A stretch of DNA of 64,000 nt from Chloroflexota bacterium (GCA_019873625.1 JAIOAW010000004.1:33324-97323); one strand, 5' to 3'; positions 27,115 through 36,861 are shown, numbered from the stretch's first letter. Numbers and translations: made by a program. Notes: generated by a model from the letters alone, not told the origin.

Positions 27115-28632
27115 ATGACCAAGGCCCAAGGAGCACACGAATTCTCTTCTGGCGATAAACGGTACCTACTGGCCCTCGATATCGGTTCCACCACGGTGCG
27201 AGCCGTCCTGTTTAATGTGGAAGGGTTGCCTGTGGCGGAGGCCTACCGGGAGCCTCCGGTGCATTACCCCGGCGCGAACCGCGCTGAGATTGACGTCACG
27301 CTGCGTTGGGAGGCCTCGGTGGAGGTCATCCGCGAGGTGCTGGCCAAGTCGGCCATTTCGCCGGCGGAGATTGCGGCCATCGGCCTGACGGGCCTTCTCC
27401 ACGCGCTGACGCCCATTGACCGCGAAGGCCGCCCTTTGGCGCGGGCTATGCTGTGGATGGATCAACGCTGCCAGCCCCAGGTGGAGTGGATGGTGCGCGA
27501 ACACGCGGATATCCTGGAGCGCGAGGTCGGCTCCACGCGGGCCAGCACCACGTGGTCTGCCCCGAAATTGCGCTGGATTTACGAGCACCAGCCGGACCTT
27601 CTTGAGCGCACCTACAAATTTATGCCCACGAAGGATTACATTCGCTTTCGCCTGACGGGGACGATCGAGACGGATCCCTCCGAGGCGGGCGGCACGATGC
27701 TCTTTAACCGGGAGACGGGCGATTGGTCTCGCCCGATGCTCGAACTGGTGGGCGTGCCCTTGGAAAAGATGCCCGTCATCAAGCCCTCTTCCACCGTGGT
27801 GGGCGGCGTTACGCGCGAGGCGGCCTTGGCCACCGGCCTGCAAGAGGGCACGCCGGTGGTCATCGGCGGGGGAGATACCAAGTGCACTCGCCTGGGCGCG
27901 AACAGTGAGGGAAACGGCCGCGCTTGCCTTTATATCGGCACGGCGGCCTGGACGGCGGTGCCCTCCCGCCGGCGCCAGGCCTTTGGGGCCACGGCCACCA
28001 CGGGCGCCGCGCTCAAGTGGATTACCTCTGTGGTGGGGCTGAACGATCCTTCCTCGCCCGGCGAGGGGTATGCGCAACTCTTGGCTGAGGCAGAGCGCGT
28101 GCCTTCCGGCGCGGGGGGGCTTCTTTTCTTGCCCCACCTGATGGGCGAGCGCGGCCCCCAGCCGAACGCCAAGGCCACGGGCACCTTTTTCGGGCTGACC
28201 TTGGGCCACGGCCGTGCCGAACTGGCCCGGGCCGTGCTGGAGGGGTGCGCCTTTCATCTGCGCTCCATCTTGGAAAACATCAGCGAGGTGCCCATTGAAG
28301 AGATGACCCTCGTCGGGGGCGGAGCCAAGAGCGCCCTTTGGCGGCAGATCATCGCCGATGTGACGGGCATTCGCCTCTTGGTGCCCCGCGTTTTGGAGGC
28401 CGGCGCGCTGGGCGCGGCCATTCTGGCAGGGGTGGGTGTGGGCATTTACCCCAGCGAGCAGGAGGCGGCGGATCGCGTCGTCCAGTTCGTCGAACGGCGC
28501 GAACCGGATGCGGAACGGCACGCCTTCTACAGCCAAATCTACCCCTATTATCTCGACCTGGAAGCGCGCGTCGCGCCGCTCTATGGGCAAATTCCGATGA
28601 AGATGCGAGAGGAGGAAGTACCATGCGCGTAA
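27115..28632 (+). CDS. FGGY-family carbohydrate kinase (xylulokinase-like)
   Basis: LALDIGSTTVRA, AMLWMDQR, KLRWIYEHQPD, TDPSEAGGTMLF, LFLPHLMGERGP, ARAVLEG, VGGGAKSALWRQIIADV. Confidence 0.92.
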   Translation: MTKAQGAHEFSSGDKRYLLALDIGSTTVRAVLFNVEGLPVAEAYREPPVHYPGANRAEIDVTLRWEASVEVIREVLAKSAISPAEIAAIGLTGLLHALTPIDREGRPLARAMLWMDQRCQPQVEWMVREHADILEREVGSTRASTTWSAPKLRWIYEHQPDLLERTYKFMPTKDYIRFRLTGTIETDPSEAGGTMLFNRETGDWSRPMLELVGVPLEKMPVIKPSSTVVGGVTREAALATGLQEGTPVVIGGGDTKCTRLGANSEGNGRACLYIGTAAWTAVPSRRRQAFGATATTGAALKWITSVVGLNDPSSPGEGYAQLLAEAERVPSGAGGLLFLPHLMGERGPQPNAKATGTFFGLTLGHGRAELARAVLEGCAFHLRSILENISEVPIEEMTLVGGGAKSALWRQIIADVTGIRLLVPRVLEAGALGAAILAGVGVGIYPSEQEAADRVVQFVERREPDAERHAFYSQIYPYYLDLEARVAPLYGQIPMKMREEEVPCA

Positions 28633-29600
28633 TTGCCATTGTGAACGGCTATACGGGGGCACTCTGCCTGCAAGAGTTGGTGGATCAGGGTGATGAGGTG
28701 GTGGCCGTGGTAACAAGCCCCGGCGACCCCAGGCCCGGCGCCGACCCCAAGACCTCGGTCAAGTTGACGGCCGACCGCAACTTTTTGCCGGTCTATCAGC
28801 CGCCCATCACCGAGGTGAACAACCCGCAGTTCGTCGAAAAACTGCGCAAGTTAGAACCGGACCTCATCGTCTCGATGCACTATGCGCAAATCTTTAAAGA
28901 GCCGCTCTTGAAGCTCCCCAAACTCGGATGCGTCAATGAGCATCCCTCGCGCCTGCCGGCGGGCCAGGGGATGACGCCCTCTTACTGGCATATGATCATC
29001 GGCGATGATCGCAACTGGATTACCCTGCATTACCTCGACCCCGGCATTGATACGGGCGACATCATCGCCCAGGGGTCCGTGGAGATCACCCCCGACGATA
29101 CGGGGATGACTACGAGCCGCAAACTCTCGGAAGAGGGGCACCGCATCTTTGCCGAGAACCTGCCGCTCATCCGTGAGGGGCGGGCGCCGCGCATCCCGCA
29201 AAAGGAGTGGGGCAGGATGCACGGCATCAAACGGAGTTACGTCTCTTGGAAGCCTCACCACGCCTGTATGGATTGGGGCAAATCGGCCAAGATGTTGGCG
29301 CTCCATGTGCGCACGCTGACCATCCCACGCGGGCAGACCACGTGGGTGGGGCCGGCCTATACCTTCTTGGGCGGCAAAAAGGTTACCGTGTATAGCGCCC
29401 AAGTGCTGGAGGACCCCCGCTGGTGCCCGAAAGAGGCAACGCCGGGCGAGGTGCTGGGCCTAGGCGGAGGCGGCCTGCTGGTGATGACGGGCGAAGGAAT
29501 CTTGCAGATTAGCGATGCGGATATCGAGGGGGCCGAGGGCCAAGGGCTGGCCGGCCTTCTGCCTTACCTTTCGACCACCCTGCCCATTCGTTTGGGGTAA
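28623..29600 (+). CDS. Formyltransferase of the Fmt/ArnA-N type, probably not the initiator-tRNA Fmt
   Basis: VNEHPSRLPAGQGMTPSYW (variant of NxHPSLLPxxRG), LHYLDPGIDTGDII and a C-terminal Fmt_C-like domain. The start overlaps the kinase stop. Confidence 0.8.
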   Translation: MRVIAIVNGYTGALCLQELVDQGDEVVAVVTSPGDPRPGADPKTSVKLTADRNFLPVYQPPITEVNNPQFVEKLRKLEPDLIVSMHYAQIFKEPLLKLPKLGCVNEHPSRLPAGQGMTPSYWHMIIGDDRNWITLHYLDPGIDTGDIIAQGSVEITPDDTGMTTSRKLSEEGHRIFAENLPLIREGRAPRIPQKEWGRMHGIKRSYVSWKPHHACMDWGKSAKMLALHVRTLTIPRGQTTWVGPAYTFLGGKKVTVYSAQVLEDPRWCPKEATPGEVLGLGGGGLLVMTGEGILQISDADIEGAEGQGLAGLLPYLSTTLPIRLG

Positions 29601-29637
29601 GCGCGTTCTGCGCATTTTGTTAAAGAGGAGATGAGCG

Positions 29638-30693
29638 ATGAAAGCGGCGTTGTTTTATGGCGGCAAAGACATTCGCGTGGGCGAAGTGCCCACCCCCAAG
29701 CCGGGGCCGGGCGAGGTGCTCGTGCGCGTGTTGGCGGCGGGCATCTGCGGGAGCGACCTGCACGGCTATCGTGACCCCAGCCGCGCGATGGGCCGCGAGG
29801 TGCCCTACCTTTCTGGGCATGAGTTGGCCGGCGTGGTGGCCGAGGTGGGCGAGGGGGTTACGAACGTCCAAGTGGGCCAGCGCGTAGGCGTGGAGCCGGG
29901 GCACCTCTTGGGCTGCGGCAAGTGCCGCTACTGCCTGCGGGGAGATTACCAATTGTGCCCGGAAATCGGCATCGTGAACGGCAAGCGCGTCCATTCCACG
30001 GGGTTTGCCGAATATTCCCTTGAGAAGGCGCACAAGGTCTATCCCTTGCCCGATCACGTGGTGATGGAAGAGGCGGCCATCCTCGATGTGTACGCCTGCG
30101 CCGTGCATGCCCTGCACCTGGCGCCCGTTACCCCGGTGGATTACGTGGCCGTGCAGGGGGCCGGGCCGATCGGCCTCACGGCGGCGGAACTCTTCCGCTA
30201 CGGCGGGGCGAAGGATGTCATCATCCTGGATGTGCTCGATTCCTCGCTCGAGGCGGCCAAGAAGATGGGCTTCACCTCCTTGGTCAACAGTGCCAAGGTG
30301 GATCCCGTGGAGGCCGTGATGGACCTCACCGAGGGCCACGGCGCCACAGTGGTGGTGGAGGCCGTAGGCGGCAACGCGCCCACCTTTGAGACGGATTGCA
30401 AAATCGTGGGGCGCGGCGGGCAAATCCTCGTCATCGGGATGTTCGCCAAGCCGCAGAGCCTGGATATGCGCCTCCTCCAGCGCAAAGAGGGGATGGTGCA
30501 CCTGGCCTGGAGTTACGGCCTATGGCAGGGCGTGCCCGAGTTCAAGATCGCGCTCGACCTGCTCGCGGCCGGCAAACTGCGCGCGGCGGATTACATCACG
30601 CACACCTTCCCGCTCGACCAAATCGCCGAGGGGTTCGCCGCGGCAGATAACAAGGCGCAGTCCGGCGCCATCAAAGTGGTCATCAAACCCTAG
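29638..30693 (+). CDS. Zn-dependent medium-chain dehydrogenase (threonine/sorbitol DH-like)
   Basis: GICGSDLH, GHELAG, CGKCRYC..GDYQLC structural Zn site, QGAGPIG. Confidence 0.92.
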   Translation: MKAALFYGGKDIRVGEVPTPKPGPGEVLVRVLAAGICGSDLHGYRDPSRAMGREVPYLSGHELAGVVAEVGEGVTNVQVGQRVGVEPGHLLGCGKCRYCLRGDYQLCPEIGIVNGKRVHSTGFAEYSLEKAHKVYPLPDHVVMEEAAILDVYACAVHALHLAPVTPVDYVAVQGAGPIGLTAAELFRYGGAKDVIILDVLDSSLEAAKKMGFTSLVNSAKVDPVEAVMDLTEGHGATVVVEAVGGNAPTFETDCKIVGRGGQILVIGMFAKPQSLDMRLLQRKEGMVHLAWSYGLWQGVPEFKIALDLLAAGKLRAADYITHTFPLDQIAEGFAAADNKAQSGAIKVVIKP

Positions 30694-30807
30694 CCGGCCT
30701 TTGGACGGCGGGGTTGATGAAAGGGTATCGGGGGCGCAGGCCTGAGGGGCCTGCCTTGCCGGGGCATCCCGCGCAAGCCACATTTCGCATCAGAAGAGAG
30801 GTGCACA

Positions 30808-31887
30808 ATGAAAAAGATCGGAGTCGGCGTACTCGGGTGTGGGGTGATCTCCAACAGCACGTATCTCCCCGCCATCAGCAAGATGGAGAAGGCCAACCTC
30901 GTGGCCGTGTGCGATATGGTGCCCGAACGAGCGCAATCCGCCGCGGCCAAGTTCGGCGTGCCCAAGGTCTATACTGACCTGGACAAGTTCTTGGCCGATC
31001 CGGAAATCGAACTCGTCGTCAACCTGACGCACATCCAGGCCCACTTTGAGACGAACCTGGCGGCGCTCCAGGCGGGCAAGCACGTCTACAGCGAAAAGAC
31101 GATGACGGTTACCGTGGAGGAGGCCACCACGCTCATCGAAGAGGCTAAGAAGCGCGGCCTGAAACTGGGCGCGGCGGCGGCCACGATGCTCAGCCCGGTG
31201 AACATCAAGGTCAAGAGCCTCATCCAGAGCGGGGCCATCGGCCGGGTGTGCTACGTCACGGGGCGGCATTCGCACTTTGGCGCGGCCGATTTTGAGCCGT
31301 GGTCCACCGACCCTACCTGGTTCTTCAAGCCCGGCGCGGGGCCCATCTTGGATATGGGGGTGTACGGCCTGCACAGTTACACGGGCATCCTCGGCCCGGT
31401 GAAGCGCGTGGCCTGTATGTCGGGCATTTCGGTGCCCAAGCGCAGGGTGCGCAGCGGCCCGGTGGCCGGCAAGGTGATTGACGTCGAGATTGACGACAAC
31501 TCGCAAATCCTTATGGATTTCGGCAACAACACCTTCGGCTTCCTCGATGCCACCTATTGCGCCAAGGCCGCCAAAGGCCCGCGGATGACCTTCTATGGCG
31601 ATGAGGGTGTGATCACCGTGAACGACTATGGCGACCCGCACCCCATCTCGCTCTTCCGCGACGACCGCGACCGCTTCGGCTACCAGGGCTGGACGGAGAT
31701 TGACCTGCCGCGCGGGGCCACGTGGGGCCTGCCGATGGGCGTGGAGCACCTCATCGAGTGCATCCTCGACCCCTCCAAGCCGATCATCACGAGCGCCGAG
31801 CATGCGCGGCACGTCATCGAGTTGATGAACAAGTGCTACGTGGCCGCCCGCGAGGGGCGCACCATCGAACTGGAGACCACCTTCTAG
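30808..31887 (+). CDS. Gfo/Idh/MocA-family oxidoreductase (#9), paralog of #1
   Basis: LGCGVIS, GKHVYSEKTM, GAGPILDMGVYGL. Shares TDP.WF..PGAGP and the C-terminal AEHARHVIE.MNKCY..ARE.RT...ETTF with #1. Confidence 0.9.
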   Translation: MKKIGVGVLGCGVISNSTYLPAISKMEKANLVAVCDMVPERAQSAAAKFGVPKVYTDLDKFLADPEIELVVNLTHIQAHFETNLAALQAGKHVYSEKTMTVTVEEATTLIEEAKKRGLKLGAAAATMLSPVNIKVKSLIQSGAIGRVCYVTGRHSHFGAADFEPWSTDPTWFFKPGAGPILDMGVYGLHSYTGILGPVKRVACMSGISVPKRRVRSGPVAGKVIDVEIDDNSQILMDFGNNTFGFLDATYCAKAAKGPRMTFYGDEGVITVNDYGDPHPISLFRDDRDRFGYQGWTEIDLPRGATWGLPMGVEHLIECILDPSKPIITSAEHARHVIELMNKCYVAAREGRTIELETTF

Positions 31888-31968
31888 GGTGCTGCACGCT
31901 GGGGCAGGCCGCTCGAGCGGCCTGCCCCACAGAACGCATTGCGAAATCTTTCAGAAGAGGCTTATACC

Positions 31969-33012
31969 ATGGCTGGGAAAACTCTGCGCATGGGCATTGC
32001 GGGTATGGTGAACGACCATATCTGGTTTATGGCCGATGCCCTCCACGCGCTCCCCAACGTCGAACTCGTCAGCGCGGCCGAACCCTATGAGGAACTGCGC
32101 CAGAGGGCCGTCGAGCGCTACGGCGTCAAAACGACCTATGCCTCCTACGAAGAGATGCTCGATAAAGAGCAACTCGATGCCATCGTCGTCTGCAGCGATA
32201 ACGCCTCCAAATCCAAAATCGTGGCCGCCGCGGCCAAGCACGGCGTGCACTGCTATGTGGATAAGGCGATGAGCGCCTTCCTCCATCAGGCGGATGAGAT
32301 GATCGCCGCGGCCAAGGAGGGGGGCATCAAGGTGATGATCGCCTACCATCCCTACTTTTCCACCGCTTACAAGAAGGCCAAGGCGTGGATTCAAGGCGGG
32401 CAGATCGGCCAGGTCTATCTCGCCAAGGCCTCCATCGGCCACGCCGGGCCGCGCGAGATCAACCTCTCCAAGTATTTCTGCGAATGGCTGGAGAGCAAGG
32501 AGCGCGGCGGGGGTGGCGTTTTTGTGGACGAGGCCTGCTACTCTATCGCTACCTTTACGGACTACCTGGGGCCGATCACCGAGGTGTGCGCCTTTATGAC
32601 CCAGCAGGGCTGGCGCGATTACCTGCCGCCCGATGTGGAGGATAACTCGGTGGCCATCTTGAAATTTGCGAGCGGCGCCCTGGGCGTGATTGACGCCAAG
32701 TGGGGGCAGATCGGCCGCCCGCCGTATAGCAACTCTTACCACGGCACGGATGGCACGCTCCTCACGGGCTGGGATTCTTTGCGCATCTATACGCGCAAAG
32801 GGGTGCCCAAAGAGTTGGAAGGGTGGATTGAGATCCCCGTGATGCGCGAGCCGCGCGGCGTGGGCGAGGCCTCTTATTTTGTCGAGACGATCCTCTCCGG
32901 CGGAGACTTTACGGGCGTCATCGGCCTGGAGGGAGCGCGCGCCGTGCAAGAGGTCATCGAGGCGTGCTACCTCTCCGCCCAGCGGGGGGAGATCGTCAAA
33001 CTGCCGCTCTAG
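31969..33012 (+). CDS. Gfo/Idh/MocA-family oxidoreductase (#10)
   Basis: GIAGMVNDH, VHCYVDKAM and GGGVFVDEACYS. Confidence 0.85.
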   Translation: MAGKTLRMGIAGMVNDHIWFMADALHALPNVELVSAAEPYEELRQRAVERYGVKTTYASYEEMLDKEQLDAIVVCSDNASKSKIVAAAAKHGVHCYVDKAMSAFLHQADEMIAAAKEGGIKVMIAYHPYFSTAYKKAKAWIQGGQIGQVYLAKASIGHAGPREINLSKYFCEWLESKERGGGGVFVDEACYSIATFTDYLGPITEVCAFMTQQGWRDYLPPDVEDNSVAILKFASGALGVIDAKWGQIGRPPYSNSYHGTDGTLLTGWDSLRIYTRKGVPKELEGWIEIPVMREPRGVGEASYFVETILSGGDFTGVIGLEGARAVQEVIEACYLSAQRGEIVKLPL

Positions 33013-33072
33013 AGTCGAGTCAAAACTTGGGGCGCTCAACGATGGGCGCCCCACGGAAAGGAAAGAGATACG

Positions 33073-34101
33073 ATGGCCGAGATGATGAAGGCAGCGCTCT
33101 TGTACGCCGCGGGAGACCTACGCGTGGGCGAAGCGCCCCGCCCAGAGATCACCCATCCCGATGACGTCCTTATCCGCGTGCGCGCCTGCGGCATTTGCCC
33201 CAGCGACCTGCGCGCTTATACGGGTGTGCGCAGTGGTATGCGCGAGATGCCCTATACGCCAGGCCACGAATGGGCCGGCGAGGTGGTGGCCGTGGGCGAG
33301 GCGGTCAAAAGCGTCCAGGTGGGCGACCGGGTGGTGCCCAGTTGGCGGGTGGTGTGCGGCAAGTGCTACTATTGCACCCGTGGCCTCTACAACTATTGCG
33401 AGAACCTCCAGCGGCGCGTGCGCGGCGGGTTCGCCCAATACGGCGTGGCCGCGGAGGAGAGCCTTTTAAAGATTCCCGATCACGTCTCGTATTACGAGGC
33501 GAGTTTCTGCGAGCCGCTGGCCTGCTGCATCAACGGCAGTTTGTGGAGTATGATCGGGTTTGGCGATGATGTGGTCATCGTGGGGGCGGGGCCGATCGGC
33601 CTGATGCACCTGCAATTGGCCAAAATCCAGGGGGCGCGCGTCATTGTGAGCGAGTTCCTCGAAGAGCGCCTGGCCAAGGCCAAGGAATTGGGCGCCGACG
33701 AGGTGATCTGCGCGGCCAAAGAGGACCCCGTGGCGCGCGTGAAGGAATTGACCCAGGGGCGCGGGGCGAACGTCGTCATCGTGGCCGTGGGGGCGCCCAA
33801 GGCGCTCCAGCAGGCGCTGGAGATGACGGCCATCGGCGCCTCGGTGAACTATTTTGCGGGCACCTACCCGCCCACGACCATCCCCCTCGACCCGAACGTG
33901 ATTCACTATAAGCAGATTCGGCTCACCGGCAGCCATGACTACACGCCTCAGCACTTCCGCAGTGCGCTGCGGTTCATCTCGCTGGGGATGGTGCGCGTGA
34001 TGCCGCTCATCAGCCACATCCTGCCGCTGGAGCAGGTGAAAGAGGGGTTCGATATCGTGGCGGGCCAAAAGGGCCTGAAGGTGATGATTGATACGGAATA
34101 A
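33073..34101 (+). CDS. Zn-dependent medium-chain dehydrogenase
   Basis: GICPSDL, GHEWAG, CGKCYYC..GLYNYC, EPLACC, VGAGPIG. Confidence 0.92.
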   Translation: MAEMMKAALLYAAGDLRVGEAPRPEITHPDDVLIRVRACGICPSDLRAYTGVRSGMREMPYTPGHEWAGEVVAVGEAVKSVQVGDRVVPSWRVVCGKCYYCTRGLYNYCENLQRRVRGGFAQYGVAAEESLLKIPDHVSYYEASFCEPLACCINGSLWSMIGFGDDVVIVGAGPIGLMHLQLAKIQGARVIVSEFLEERLAKAKELGADEVICAAKEDPVARVKELTQGRGANVVIVAVGAPKALQQALEMTAIGASVNYFAGTYPPTTIPLDPNVIHYKQIRLTGSHDYTPQHFRSALRFISLGMVRVMPLISHILPLEQVKEGFDIVAGQKGLKVMIDTE

Positions 34102-34111
34102 GCGCAGGCCA

Positions 34112-34161
34112 GAGGCAAGACCCTCACCCTAGCCCTCTCCCGCGTGAGCGGGAGAGGGGAT
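34112..34161 (+). repeat. 50-bp palindrome-containing repeat, copy 1
   Basis: GAGGCAAGACCCTCACCCTAGCCCTCTCCCGCGTGAGCGGGAGAGGGGAT; 48/50 identical to 37058-37107. Partial relatives at 34271-34297 and about 41025-41060. Confidence 0.85.
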
Positions 34162-34203
34162 CAAAGCGCTCCGGATATGGAGTGCTGAAGCCTTGGCTTC
34201 AGC

Positions 34204-34227
34204 AGGGGCACGCGCTAGCGTGCCCCT
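34204..34227. repeat. REP-like palindrome, copy 1
   Basis: AGGGGCACGC-gcta-GCGTGCCCCT; the same arms occur at 41702-41725. Confidence 0.65.
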
Positions 34228-34308
34228 ATGCTTTTTCGGGTGCGAGAGAGGCCCGCGCTCCATATATACGGCCCTCTCCCGCCCCAGCGGGAGAGGGAGC
34301 GAGGGAGG

Positions 34309-36861
34309 CTAGGAGGCTTCTCCCCTCGACCCTTGGGACGAGGAGAGGATCTGTTGGATGGCCTTGAGCAAATCCCCAACGCCGTAGGGCTTTTGCAGGA
34401 AGGGGTACCCCCTTTCGCGCCCAACCAGGGCTTGCCCCGCCCAGCCGCTCGTCAGGAGCACAGGGAGGCCCGGCCGTTTGGCATAGATCGCGGCGAGAAG
34501 GTCCAGGCCCGTGCCATCGGGGAGGATAAAATCGGTAAAGAGGGCGCCCCAGGCCCCCTCCTCTTGGGCAAAGAGGGCCAGCGCCTCGCGGATGCTCCCC
34601 GCTTGGCCCACCTGGTAGCCGTAAGCCTCGAGCGTGGTTACGGCGAACCGCCGCACGCGCTCATCATCCTCCACGACCAAAATGCGCTCGCCCCGGCCCC
34701 CCGTGGCCGCCTCCGCCGGCACGGCGAGGCGCGTCGCTACGGCGCGCTCGGGGAGTGCCGGCAGGTAAATGTGAAAGGTGGTGCCCCGGCCCACTTCACT
34801 GTAGACGTTGATCCACCCCTCGTGTTGGCGGACAATGCCGTACACGGTGGAAAGGCCCAGCCCCGTGCCCTCGCCTTTGGGTTTGGTGGTGAAGAACGGC
34901 TCGAAGATATGCTCCAGCACCTCGGGGGGCATCCCCGTGCCCGTATCCGTTACGGCCAGCCGCACAAAGTGCCCCGGCCGGGCAAAGGGTACCTTGCGGG
35001 CGTATTCTTCGTCCAACGTTACGTTCTCCAGTTGGAGGGTCAGTTCGCCGCCTTGGGGCATCGCATCGCGCGCGTTGACGGCCAGGTTCATCACCACCTG
35101 CTGGAGTTGCAGGGCATCTCCCTCGATGGGCCAGAGGCCGGGGGCGACCTCGGTGCGGATAGCGATCTGCTCGCCGAGGAGCCGCCGCAACATCTTGAGG
35201 ATATCTTGCAAGACCTGCCCCACGTCGAGCACGGCCCTTTCGATGGGCTGGCTGCGGCTGAAGACGAGCAGTTGGCGGGCGAGTTGCGCGGCGCGGTCGC
35301 CCGAGGCGCGCGCCTCCGCCAGGTTAGCCCGAAGGGGGGAATCCTCGGGCGTATCCATCAGGGCCAGGTCAATGTGGCCCAAGATGGCCGTCAGCATATT
35401 GTTGAAATCGTGCGCCACGCCCCCCGCGAGGAGGCCAATGCTTTCCAGCCGCCGGGCCTGCTCCATCTGCCGGGCGATGCGCTCCGCTTCTTCCTCGGCG
35501 CGTAGGCGTTCGGTGACATCGCGGATGGAGCCGATGCAAGCGACGGCCTGCCCATTGAGGATGAGCGGGGCAGCCGTAACCGCGCCGTAGCGCAGAGACC
35601 CGTCTTTGGCCACAAAGCGGTAGATGGCCATGGGTTGATCCTCGCCTCGGAAGGTGCGTTCCGCATCGGCGAGGAGGCGGGGGAGATCCTCTGAGAAGAC
35701 CAGGCCGCTCTTCGGGAGGCCTTGGCCGATCAATTCGCCCGGCTCGTAGCCAAAGGTCGCGCGCACCGAAGGGGAGATCTCCTGGAGGCACAGGTTCGCA
35801 TCCAAGACGAATAGGACATCTACGATGTTCTCAAAGATGAGCCGGTAGCGCGCCTCGGCCTCCTGAAGCGCCTTCTCGGCCTGCGCGCGGCCGGTCGTTT
35901 CCTCTTCCAGCGCGGCACGGCTGGCCTGAAGTGCTCGCTCGCGCTGCACGGCGCGGCGCCGATAGAGGATGGCGCTCACCGCGCCCGCAAGGGCCACGGC
36001 CCCGCCGCCGAAGATCAGCGCCCAATGCTGCCAAGGGGTGCGGCGAGAGGGGAGATGCCCAAGGTATTTATCGAGCAGGGCATAGTATACCGAGTGAGGG
36101 TCGGCCTTGAGGGCGACGAGGTGGCGATCTATCGCATTCAGGAGATCCTCATTGGCGCCTTTGGGGGCGGCATAGTGCAGGCTGACGGGCAGGATGATGA
36201 CGGGCGTACGCGAGACGCCATACTTTTCGGCGTACAACTCGCCATAAAGGTGGCTCACCACGCCCGCATCGGCGGTCCCCTGGGCGAGCGCCTCAAAGAC
36301 TGCTTGATATGACCCCAGTTCGACCATCTCGATGGTAATCCCCAGATTGGGGATCATTTTCTTGAGTTCGTCCGCATAAATACCTCCTCGGCTGGTCGCC
36401 ACTCTGCGGCCATTGAGATCGAGGAGCGACTCCAACTTGATGCCTTTGCGGGTATAGACCTCCCCCCAGTTGTTCAGCACCGTCTCTCGGTTGAAGGAGA
36501 GCGTTTGGGCGCGCTCATCGGAATAGGCCACCACGGGGACGAGATCCACCTGGCCAGCGCGGGCCATATCGAGACAGGCGGAGAAGGAGCAAAAGACGTA
36601 GCGCACTTGCCAGCCTTCGCGCTCGGCGATGTACTGCAAAAGGTCTACGAAAAACCCTTCTGTTTTGCCTTCTGCTGAGATGCCCGCAAGAGGGGGATTA
36701 TGGTAGATCGCTACGCGCACTGTGCGCTGGGTAACCGCTGGCGAGAGGGGAGGAAGCCTATCCGTAAAGGGATTCTGGGCCTGGGCTGGGGTGAAAGGGA
36801 GGCACAGCAAAAGGATGGCGGCGGCAAGGAAAGGTCGGCAGGCATAGAACCAATGCTTCAT
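34309..36861 (-). CDS. Hybrid sensor histidine kinase (amino-acid-type substrate-binding domain, TM, PAS, HisKA, HATPase, REC)
   Basis: Signal peptide, SBP_bac_3-like domain (GFFVDLLQYIAEREGW), TM helix, PAS, LAGGVAHDFNNML H-box, NLAVNARDAM, DTGTGM...FEPFFTTK...GTGLGL, and a receiver domain (VVEDD...TDFILP..TG...LQKP). Confidence 0.93.
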   Translation of the reverse strand: MKHWFYACRPFLAAAILLLCLPFTPAQAQNPFTDRLPPLSPAVTQRTVRVAIYHNPPLAGISAEGKTEGFFVDLLQYIAEREGWQVRYVFCSFSACLDMARAGQVDLVPVVAYSDERAQTLSFNRETVLNNWGEVYTRKGIKLESLLDLNGRRVATSRGGIYADELKKMIPNLGITIEMVELGSYQAVFEALAQGTADAGVVSHLYGELYAEKYGVSRTPVIILPVSLHYAAPKGANEDLLNAIDRHLVALKADPHSVYYALLDKYLGHLPSRRTPWQHWALIFGGGAVALAGAVSAILYRRRAVQRERALQASRAALEEETTGRAQAEKALQEAEARYRLIFENIVDVLFVLDANLCLQEISPSVRATFGYEPGELIGQGLPKSGLVFSEDLPRLLADAERTFRGEDQPMAIYRFVAKDGSLRYGAVTAAPLILNGQAVACIGSIRDVTERLRAEEEAERIARQMEQARRLESIGLLAGGVAHDFNNMLTAILGHIDLALMDTPEDSPLRANLAEARASGDRAAQLARQLLVFSRSQPIERAVLDVGQVLQDILKMLRRLLGEQIAIRTEVAPGLWPIEGDALQLQQVVMNLAVNARDAMPQGGELTLQLENVTLDEEYARKVPFARPGHFVRLAVTDTGTGMPPEVLEHIFEPFFTTKPKGEGTGLGLSTVYGIVRQHEGWINVYSEVGRGTTFHIYLPALPERAVATRLAVPAEAATGGRGERILVVEDDERVRRFAVTTLEAYGYQVGQAGSIREALALFAQEEGAWGALFTDFILPDGTGLDLLAAIYAKRPGLPVLLTSGWAGQALVGRERGYPFLQKPYGVGDLLKAIQQILSSSQGSRGEAS

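Noticed and set aside
28623-29600. Calling this gene fmt
   Set aside because: The folate motif is divergent, the N-terminus lacks the usual F.GTP.F pattern, there is no def neighbour, and it is coupled to a sugar kinase.
14220-33054. Many long antisense or alternate-frame ORFs (e.g. 14220-15701, 24572-25900, 27166-28716, 34228-35505)
   Set aside because: They are shadows of real genes in GC-rich DNA, with no motifs or RBS and biased Arg/Ala/Gly content.
14241-34101. tRNA-integrated genomic island or prophage
   Set aside because: The cluster lies on the 5' side of tRNA-Val, not the 3' end. I saw no integrase, no duplicated tRNA 3' fragment (att site) and no phage or IS genes.
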